From Candidatus Cloacimonadales bacterium (GTDB lineage Bacteria; Cloacimonadota; Cloacimonadia; Cloacimonadales; JAIOQZ01), in assembly GCA_963674825.1 (NCBI GenBank), contig OY771587.1, positions 3,680,001-3,744,000 on the forward strand: DNA of 64,000 bases. Reading direction: 5' to 3'. Position 1 is the first letter of the stretch, and every line of letters starts with the position of its first letter. Under the pieces are notes generated by a model. The model searched no databases and was not told the origin of the DNA. It saw only the letters and a program-made list of their open reading frames with translations. Below, one piece after another: positions 56,929 through 64,000 of this stretch. Position numbers and translations under genes: made by a program.

Positions 56929-59271
56929 TTAGCCTATCGCCGGGATGGATGCGATCTGCTGTTGAAGCTCTTGCAACTGGCCGTTATAGTCGGTCAGCGC
57001 TGTTTCCAGGTTCGCAAAGCGTGTCCGGTAACGTTCTTCAACAAGCGCCACTCGATCCAACTCCCTTTCGATTTTCGTTTCAATGTTATCTATTATATTC
57101 TCGTAGCTATCCTCGAGAACTTTAATCATTCCGTCTTCTTCGTTGAGAATATCGTCCATGAGGTCGTCGAATTCGTGCGATTTTCCATATTTCACACGGA
57201 CGGTTCCCTCATATGTTCCTGAAGCGCTATTCAGCATCTGCAAAGCCATACCCTTGCCATCGCCGGAAGGAACCGTGAGTAGATTTCCTTCAATTTTCAT
57301 CGTGATACCATCGGCTTCGGTCTCACCGTCTTTCCAGAGAATTCCACTGGTCGGATTACCGCTTCCATCGACATTGATTTTGTAATGATAGGTTCCGGGC
57401 TGCGTAGCGTTTGTACCACTATAGTATCCAACATTCGTATTGTCGGTTACGCCGACCTTGTTATCCGAGAAATATCCGACAACAGCGTCGGGATCCTCAT
57501 TCAGCGCTTCCCGAAGCACTTCGTCGTCGAATTCGAGAAGGTCGTCGTCGCTGGTGGAAATTCCGAGCTGCGAGAGAAGAAGATATGGGTCTTCCCCATC
57601 TTCATAGCCCTCGGCGCGACTGACCAGGAAGGTTTTCAGCTTGCTTTCCATAAGAATCAGGGTATAGTTACCCGCAAGTGCGGCTGATTGATTGGCACTT
57701 GAGGTTGTCGATTTGTCATCATCAGAAGTATACACAGACACTTCGGTTTTCGGATCGACCGCAGTTATCTCGTTGATGTAACCCATAACATCGTTGTAAC
57801 CGTCAACGAAATCATTCACCAGAGAGGTCATCGTATCAACATCGTTCTCAACCGTAATTTCACTCGTACCGACCGATCTGATCGTTACGGAAGCACCATC
57901 AACCAGATCCGTATAGAGGTTTGTGTCATTCTGGATATAGTTACTTCCGGATGGATAACCATCAAGTTTGACCATCGCGTTGGTCGCACTTTGAGTCTCA
58001 TTGAAAGATCCCGATGCAAATCCGCTCCCGGCGAAGCTGGAGAAATCCAGGTCCTCAATTTTATTTGCTGCGCCTGTCTTTGTTCCCGTTAATACCAAAT
58101 GATAAGCATTCGGAGCACCGGTACCATCATTAACTATCGTAGCCTTTACACCCGGGTTGTTCGGATCTTCGTTGATCTTCTCCGCAAGTTCTTCGAGTGT
58201 GGTTCCTGCAGCTATGGAGATCGGGGCAATTGACCGGCCTGCAAAGGTATAGGAGAATGTTGCGTCTGCCGTCGTAACAGGTGTAGTATCACGATCCGCC
58301 ATACCGGAATGCACTTCCTTTTCAGCAGATGCAATACCGTCATCCTGCGCCTTCTGGTAGTCGGTATGGAACACATCCACCGCGAAGAGCGCATCTTCTT
58401 CGTAGGTCTCACCAGCAGCAAAAGTAAGCTGGACACCCTGCGTAACGCCAAATGTGCCGGCTTCCGTAATCGTCATGGTTCCCGAGCGGCCTTCGACGTC
58501 GTCGGTCCATCGGATTTTAACATCGTCCGTACCGATTTCACCGCCCTCGATAACCTCGAAATTAAAGCGCTTGTTCACGTGGCCAGTGTAACCACCTGCA
58601 CCGGAATTGACAGTGAAGGTATCCCCTCCCTTGTCGTCGATCACTTCCACATCATCGATACCCTTGCTGAATAAATCCGTATTGGTTTGCATTACCGTGA
58701 TTTCATTCGCGCTTCCGCCTTCATCGGCAGTGATTTGAAGCCTGTAGGCATTACTCGAAGAGCCGTCATTGACAACCTCAGCGCTAACACCGTCCAGAGC
58801 GTCAATTTCGGCCGCGATATCATCGAGTGTCTTACCGCCAGTTCCATCGATTGTTCCCAAGTCCGTACCACCGACCGAGACCGTGATAATCTCTGTGACA
58901 TCGTTCAACGCGATATCCGTACTTGCGGAATAACCCCGGCTGGAAAAGATGTGCTGGATATTAGATCCGACTTCGACAGAGTAAGTGCCGGGCTGGGCCG
59001 TACTATCGACCGCCACAGTAGCAACATCTTCATTACTGCTGGATGCAAGCCGTTTCCAGAAAGAGGAGGGTGTACTCAGTTTGGTCATGATCGAATCGAG
59101 ACTCGAAAACTTGGTGCGAAGCTCTCCGAGGAGATCAATCTTCTCCTCCCACTCGGTCTTCCAGTCTTCAAGCTGATTCGCTTGATACTTTTCAGCTTCT
59201 ACAAGCTGATCGATCATCGAATCGAAATCGATTCCGGATGATAGTCCGGAAAAGGATATTGTACCTGACAT
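56929..59271 (-). CDS. fliD: Flagellar filament cap protein
   Basis: SGLSSGID...IDQLVEAE N-terminus; FVDGYN; LSQLGI; RFANLE C-terminal coiled coil. Confidence 0.92.
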   Translation of the reverse strand: MSGTISFSGLSSGIDFDSMIDQLVEAEKYQANQLEDWKTEWEEKIDLLGELRTKFSSLDSIMTKLSTPSSFWKRLASSSNEDVATVAVDSTAQPGTYSVEVGSNIQHIFSSRGYSASTDIALNDVTEIITVSVGGTDLGTIDGTGGKTLDDIAAEIDALDGVSAEVVNDGSSSNAYRLQITADEGGSANEITVMQTNTDLFSKGIDDVEVIDDKGGDTFTVNSGAGGYTGHVNKRFNFEVIEGGEIGTDDVKIRWTDDVEGRSGTMTITEAGTFGVTQGVQLTFAAGETYEEDALFAVDVFHTDYQKAQDDGIASAEKEVHSGMADRDTTPVTTADATFSYTFAGRSIAPISIAAGTTLEELAEKINEDPNNPGVKATIVNDGTGAPNAYHLVLTGTKTGAANKIEDLDFSSFAGSGFASGSFNETQSATNAMVKLDGYPSGSNYIQNDTNLYTDLVDGASVTIRSVGTSEITVENDVDTMTSLVNDFVDGYNDVMGYINEITAVDPKTEVSVYTSDDDKSTTSSANQSAALAGNYTLILMESKLKTFLVSRAEGYEDGEDPYLLLSQLGISTSDDDLLEFDDEVLREALNEDPDAVVGYFSDNKVGVTDNTNVGYYSGTNATQPGTYHYKINVDGSGNPTSGILWKDGETEADGITMKIEGNLLTVPSGDGKGMALQMLNSASGTYEGTVRVKYGKSHEFDDLMDDILNEEDGMIKVLEDSYENIIDNIETKIERELDRVALVEERYRTRFANLETALTDYNGQLQELQQQIASIPAIG

Positions 59272-59288
59272 GAGATACCTCCATTATT

Positions 59289-59317
59289 ATATCGTACGCG
59301 AGGCCGTTGCACTTTAG
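59289..59317 (-). promoter_or_regulatory. Sigma28-like promoter candidate for fliD
   Basis: TAAA-N16-TACGATAT (consensus TAAA-N15/16-GCCGATAW). Confidence 0.5.
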
Positions 59318-59369
59318 AAAAATCACGTTAATCTGAGCCGATTCAATCGGTTTTTCTCACCCATGATTT

Positions 59370-59386
59370 TGCAATCGGGATGCCAA
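59370..59386 (-). promoter_or_regulatory. Sigma54 (-24/-12) promoter candidate for fliD
   Basis: TTGGCATCCCGATTGCA: GG-N10-GC with flanks close to the YTGGCACG-N4-TTGCW consensus. Confidence 0.7.
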
Positions 59387-59545
59387 TCGTTTTTTCTGTA
59401 AATGGAGGCTAAAAGCGCTTGTGGGAATTGGTTTTATCGATAAGGTATGAAATTTTTTCCAGAGATAGAGAATATTTTTCCCGTGTAACCAGCCGGAAAC
59501 AGAACGCTCCTCGAACCAGTAGCGTGCAACTTGAAACTCGTTTTT

Positions 59546-60430
59546 TTACAACGCTTCGATTAGCGTCAGTGCCATCGAAGGTAGTGCATTCGCCTGTGCC
59601 ATCATCGCGATTCCGCTCTGCATGAGGATCAGGCTGCCGACATAGGATGTCAATTCCTCGGCGAAATCGACATCGATGATATCCGATTCGGCAGCACTCA
59701 GGGTGTTAATCTGCGAGTCAAGGTTGTCGATGCTTCCTTCAAGGCGATTTTGCATTGCTCCCAGCCATGCCATTGCGTTATCCTTGTTGATAATCGCCGT
59801 ATTGATGATCTCCAGCGCGGTTGCAGCCGCAGTCTGGGTTGAAATGGCGATATTGGGGTTAGAGAAAAGGGATTGTGTTCGTACGTCTTTCACCGAGATG
59901 TAGTAGTAATCTTCCGCCCGGACATTGCCATCGCCCACGTGAACGAGAACGCCGTCGTTCGGTTCTGTCCATCCTCCGGATGTCGTGTAGGTGGAGGATG
60001 ATTCGAGCGATCCATCAAGAAGCTTCATGCCGTTGAATGTGGTGGAGCCGGCGATGCGATCGATCTCGGAAGCCATAAGCTGGAACTCGGAGTGCAGTAT
60101 CAAGCGTTGTGACGAAGTATAGGTTCCTGTCGAGGCCTGTTCGGCAAGCTCTTTCATGCGAATGAGCTTTTCGTCGATGACATTCATCGCGCTTTCGGCT
60201 GTCTGAATGAGCGATTGAGCATCCTGGGCGTTGTTACGCGCTTGAGAATAGGTCGCTTCCTGGGCACGCATCATCTCGTACATGGCAAGCCCGGCAGGGT
60301 CGTCAGAAGCGGTATTGATGCGCAGTCCTGTGCTTAGGCGCAACGTGGACCGGGTAAGGTTTTGCAGAGCAGATGTAAGACTGGTGGAAATCAGTCCGCT
60401 GATCGAATCCACATTGAAACTCAGAGCCAT
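59546..60430 (-). CDS. fliC: Flagellin
   Basis: RLSTGLRINTASDDPAGL; IQTAE; RMKELAEQA; EIDRIA..T.FNG; LGAMQNRL; DVDFAEE; AQAN. Confidence 0.92.
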   Translation of the reverse strand: MALSFNVDSISGLISTSLTSALQNLTRSTLRLSTGLRINTASDDPAGLAMYEMMRAQEATYSQARNNAQDAQSLIQTAESAMNVIDEKLIRMKELAEQASTGTYTSSQRLILHSEFQLMASEIDRIAGSTTFNGMKLLDGSLESSSTYTTSGGWTEPNDGVLVHVGDGNVRAEDYYYISVKDVRTQSLFSNPNIAISTQTAAATALEIINTAIINKDNAMAWLGAMQNRLEGSIDNLDSQINTLSAAESDIIDVDFAEELTSYVGSLILMQSGIAMMAQANALPSMALTLIEAL

Positions 60431-60581
60431 ATCAACCTCCTTGTCGCTGGACGCGACGGGGCATTATGGCTATGTCTTGGCGACGGCAAACCTGCGAATG
60501 CAGATAGAGTGATCCTACTCTTGGGATTGCTGAGAGAACCAGAATTGCTGTGTAGAAAACGCTAACCAACCTTATACGCTT

Positions 60582-60610
60582 AATATAGAATGGCGATAGA
60601 ATGCTGTCAA
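60582..60610 (-). promoter_or_regulatory. Sigma70-type promoter upstream of flagellin
   Basis: TTGACA-N17-TATATT. Confidence 0.6.
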
Positions 60611-60739
60611 TCTTTTTTTCGCCATAATTCGACAGCAGGCCTCCATTGCACGATTTTACAGATTTTCATTGACGAAACCTGATTCGGTAAAGCAAATTAT
60701 CGTTCAAGAAATGAATGTGTATTATGGAGGAAACTAACC

Positions 60740-61876
60740 ATGAAAAAGCTACTTGTTTCGCTTGTTTTAATGATGACAATGTTAGTGCTTATGGCACAGG
60801 ATATTACGGATGAACTACCGAATGATGATCTTGAATCACAACTTGAAATGCTCTCGGGCGACGCAGCGAAATCGTATGTCTCTCCCCTGACCTCACCTTT
60901 CGGAGCCAACATGAACAGTGGCTGGTTCCAGCAAGCTCCCCGTTCCAAAAGCCTCGCGCTCAACATCTCCATGAAGATTGTGGTGATGGGAACGAATTTC
61001 CAGGACGACCAAAAGAGCTTTGCGACAACCGGATCCTTCCGTTTCACGCGCAGCCAGGCAGAATCGATCGTCGGAAACAGCGGTTACGATTCGACCCATC
61101 CGCTCTATGAAGAGCTCGTGCAGGAAGTGATGTCGCACGACTACACTGTGGGAATCGAAGGCCCGACTATCATTGGCGATAAAGATGACAACATCGATAT
61201 CTTCTTTGGTGGTGATACACTGACAGTCGTCAACCCCGTCACCCAGCTCGAGGAAGAATATTACGTTGAGGAAGAAACGATCGGACTACCGGTTCATGGT
61301 ATCCTGGAAGATTTCAGCATGCTGCCACAGTTCGCGCCGCAGTTGTCTCTCGGTACAATCATGGGAACAATGGTTGTAGTTCGTTTCCTGCCAAACGTGA
61401 ACATCAACGAAGAGATCGGCGAGCTCACCTACTGGGGTGTTGGCGTGCAGCACAATCCCATCGTATGGATGAGCGATTTCGTCGATTTCGTTATTCCGAT
61501 CGATATATCTCTGAGCGCGTTCTACCAGCAACTGGAAGTTGGAAGCATCATGAAGACGCAGGCCTTCGCTGGAGGAATCAACGTCAGTAAAACACTCGGC
61601 ATTCCCACACTCAGCGTTACGCCTTACGCGGGGCTCCTGATAGAGAATTCACATACCGAATTCAAATATACCTATATGCTGGATGATACAGACAACTATA
61701 ACACACCAGCCGACTTGCAAGAACAAAATGTCTCGTTCAACATCGATGGCGATAACCAATACCGTTTTGTGGCGGGACTTGCCGCTCAGCTCAGCATCTT
61801 CCAGCTCAGCTTCGACTATAATTTCTCCGAGTACGATTCTTTCTCGGCGTCGCTCGGAATCGGAATGAAGTTCTAA
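60740..61876 (+). CDS. Probable outer-membrane beta-barrel protein (DUF6588-like)
   Basis: Signal peptide; FGANMNSGWF; PQLSLG; RFLP; amphipathic strands; terminal Phe. Confidence 0.7.
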   Translation: MKKLLVSLVLMMTMLVLMAQDITDELPNDDLESQLEMLSGDAAKSYVSPLTSPFGANMNSGWFQQAPRSKSLALNISMKIVVMGTNFQDDQKSFATTGSFRFTRSQAESIVGNSGYDSTHPLYEELVQEVMSHDYTVGIEGPTIIGDKDDNIDIFFGGDTLTVVNPVTQLEEEYYVEEETIGLPVHGILEDFSMLPQFAPQLSLGTIMGTMVVVRFLPNVNINEEIGELTYWGVGVQHNPIVWMSDFVDFVIPIDISLSAFYQQLEVGSIMKTQAFAGGINVSKTLGIPTLSVTPYAGLLIENSHTEFKYTYMLDDTDNYNTPADLQEQNVSFNIDGDNQYRFVAGLAAQLSIFQLSFDYNFSEYDSFSASLGIGMKF

Positions 61877-61881
61877 CCACA

Positions 61882-62445
61882 ATGCCAGATTGCTATCAGA
61901 CGATCCTCGCTCGTCAGAGCGTCAGGAGCTTCTCGTCCGACCCCGTACCGGAGGACGTTATCGAGAGAATCCTGGAAGCTGGCAGAGCAGCGCCATCGGC
62001 GCAGAATCGTCAGTGCTGGCGCTTCATTGTGGTTCAGGATAAAGATACGATCCGAAAGCTGGCACTCAAGAGCGGATTCATTGGCGCTATCAATTTCTTC
62101 CTGAAAGACGTGCCCTTGATTATCGTTGCCTGCGCGGATCCCAAACACAGCGTCCGTCTTAACGACCAGGACTATTATCTTGTTGACACGTCCATCGCTT
62201 TTCAGCAAATAATGCTTGCTGCGCTCGATTTCGGAATCGGTAGTTGCTGGCTTGCTGCATTCAATGAAAATGCGGTCCGCAAGATACTGAGTATCCCCGA
62301 TAGTATCCGGGTGGTGGGCATGAGCCCGTTCGGCTATCCGAAAGATCGCGAGAGCTTCTACGGAAGGCTGGTCAAAGGCTTCGCTGGAAGCACGAAACGC
62401 CATCCGATGGAGAAAATCGTTTGCCGGGAGAAATGGACGCTGTAA
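61882..62445 (+). CDS. Nitroreductase family protein
   Basis: RQSVRSF; APSAQNRQ.W.F; GIGSCW; GYP. Confidence 0.92.
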   Translation: MPDCYQTILARQSVRSFSSDPVPEDVIERILEAGRAAPSAQNRQCWRFIVVQDKDTIRKLALKSGFIGAINFFLKDVPLIIVACADPKHSVRLNDQDYYLVDTSIAFQQIMLAALDFGIGSCWLAAFNENAVRKILSIPDSIRVVGMSPFGYPKDRESFYGRLVKGFAGSTKRHPMEKIVCREKWTL

Positions 62446-62470
62446 ATTTTCATTACAAACGGAGGTACCT

Positions 62471-63538
62471 ATGAAGAGAGAATTTATACATCAGCTGCCC
62501 AAAGCAGACTTGCATGTGCATCTGGACGGCTCGCTGCGGCTGTCGACCATTTTCGAACTCGCTGAGCAGCAAAAAGTGAAGCTTCCCGCTTCCAAGCCGG
62601 AAGAACTCATGAAAATCGTCAGTTGTGACGAAGCCTGCAAAAGCCTGGACGAATACCTGCGCGGATTCGGCGTTACGCTTTCTGTGCTTCAGACTGAGGA
62701 TGCACTGGCACGTGCAGCCTATGAACTCGCTGAAGACGCAGCGAACGAGAATGTCCGTTATATGGAAGTCCGCTACTCCCCTATCCTGCACACGCAGAAG
62801 GGCTTGAAGCTCACCCAGATCTCCGAAGCGGTTATCGATGGCCTCCATCAGGCGGAACGTAAATTCGATATCCACACCGGCGTCATTATCTGCGGTATCC
62901 GCAACATGGACCCGGCTACATCGCTGACGTTGGCAGAACTCGCAATTGCTTACAAGAACAAAGGCGTTCTCGGATTCGACCTCGCTGGCTCGGAATACAA
63001 TCATCCAGCCAAGGATCACCAGGCCGCGTTCGACCTCGCTCGCCGTAACAACCTCAACATCACCATCCACGCGGGTGAAGCGTACGGCCCGGAAAGTATC
63101 CACCAGGCACTGCATTATTGCGGTACACACCGTATTGGCCACGGTACGCGTCTGATCGAAAACGGTGACCTTCTCAATTTCGTAAACGACCACCGTATCC
63201 CGCTGGAAATCTGCTTAAAAAGTAACATGCACACCAAGGCTGTTCCGTCCATCAAAGAACATCCGATCAAGTTCTACATCGATTACGGCCTGCGTGTTAC
63301 AATGAACACCGATAATCGCTTGATCTCGAACACCACAATGACCGAAGAATACATGCTCGCGCACGATATCCTCGGCCTCGATTATCAGGACATCAAGAAT
63401 CTGATCATCAATGGATTCAAGAGCTCGTTCTATCCCTACAAAGAGAAAGTCAAGCTTCTCAACCGGGCATTGGCCGAGATGGAAGTGCTCGAAGAAGCCG
63501 AACTTAAGAAGAAAGTGAAAATCGAAGAAAAGATGTAG
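62471..63538 (+). CDS. add: Adenosine deaminase
   Basis: PKADLHVHLDGS; DLAG.E; HAGE; RIGHG; NTD. Confidence 0.92.
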   Translation: MKREFIHQLPKADLHVHLDGSLRLSTIFELAEQQKVKLPASKPEELMKIVSCDEACKSLDEYLRGFGVTLSVLQTEDALARAAYELAEDAANENVRYMEVRYSPILHTQKGLKLTQISEAVIDGLHQAERKFDIHTGVIICGIRNMDPATSLTLAELAIAYKNKGVLGFDLAGSEYNHPAKDHQAAFDLARRNNLNITIHAGEAYGPESIHQALHYCGTHRIGHGTRLIENGDLLNFVNDHRIPLEICLKSNMHTKAVPSIKEHPIKFYIDYGLRVTMNTDNRLISNTTMTEEYMLAHDILGLDYQDIKNLIINGFKSSFYPYKEKVKLLNRALAEMEVLEEAELKKKVKIEEKM

Positions 63539-63568
63539 CTTTTCAATCCTGGAAGGGAATTGTTACGG

Positions 63569-63588
63569 ACCGGGGCGGTTGCCCCGGT
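63569..63588. terminator. GC-rich hairpin between convergent genes
   Basis: ACCGGGGC-GGTT-GCCCCGGT. Confidence 0.5.
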
Positions 63589-63641
63589 AGCAGACGGGTA
63601 GATAATAAATTAGCTATAACAACTTAAAGAAACACTTCAGC

Positions 63642-64000
63642 TCAATCTCTATCTTCTCTCATCAACCAAAATGGAATGATCTGCCTGTATTGCCGATCTT
63701 TTCGCTCAAGTATCAAATCATGCAATCCATTCGGTAGATTTCCAAGCGGTATATACGTCAGGACACCGAGATCCCGCTCGTTCGGATGCTGATAAAACCT
63801 GAATTTGTATGTACATTGAAGCGAATCGTCGATCGTTATCTTATACTGATTCTGGTAGTATTCCAAGATTTGCTCTTGAGAAGCAACATCGGTATGACCA
63901 CCGAAATTTATGTATTCCATGAATAGCTCATCATGCAATGGTTCAATGCTATCGATGGAATCCTGAATGCAAATATTGTCCTCCATTTCGTAAGGAATAT
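63642..64000 (-). CDS. Hypothetical protein, probably 5'-truncated by the window edge
   Basis: Frame is open to the window end; C-terminus YIPLGNLPNGLHDL...IIPFW. Confidence 0.6.
   Translation of the reverse strand, partial: IPYEMEDNICIQDSIDSIEPLHDELFMEYINFGGHTDVASQEQILEYYQNQYKITIDDSLQCTYKFRFYQHPNERDLGVLTYIPLGNLPNGLHDLILERKDRQYRQIIPFWLMREDRD

Noticed and set aside
60485..60530. GGCAAACCTGCGAATGCAG resembling the start of a c-di-GMP-I riboswitch
   Set aside because: It lies on the strand opposite the flagellin gene and lacks the GAAA loop and the downstream GACGCAAAG/P3 elements.

Overview
Bacterial chromosomal window from an anaerobe. It is probably FCB-group and Cloacimonadota-like (inference: four secreted proteins end in the NPFNP...K(M/A/I)xxxK T9SS/FlgD-type C-terminal domain, alongside a gingipain, a type III glutamine synthetase, split gcvPA/gcvPB and fhs). 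Main gene content: asnS; one ~9.8 kb minus-strand run of 2-oxoacid:ferredoxin oxidoreductase (delta-alpha-beta-gamma), hdrCBA, mvhDGA and a hydrogenase maturation protease; an ABC binding protein plus permease behind an attenuator-like leader; secreted hydrolases (metallophosphoesterase, C25 gingipain, two M14 carboxypeptidases); nadE; gcvPA/PB; a B12-radical SAM / DarB-like ketosynthase / methyltransferase trio; dacB, cobB, an amidase, ribH-nusB; a DUF2089/DUF4097/SHOCT module; fhs; a late flagellar cluster (flagellin, fliD, fliS, double-domain FlgM-like, Cys-rich protein); a nitroreductase and adenosine deaminase. Intergenic DNA carries three REP-like palindrome families. The most unusual observations are: (i) a 34-40 nt hairpin+AATCTT micro-element sitting in the loop of four REP copies from two unrelated families; (ii) two complementary half histidine kinases 4.4 kb apart (vWA-TM-HATPase with no H-box, and PAS-PAS-HisKA with no ATPase); (iii) flagellar genes with a tandem FlgM. 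No rRNA, tRNA, CRISPR array or intact transposase was recognised. All calls come from reading motifs by eye; no searches were run.
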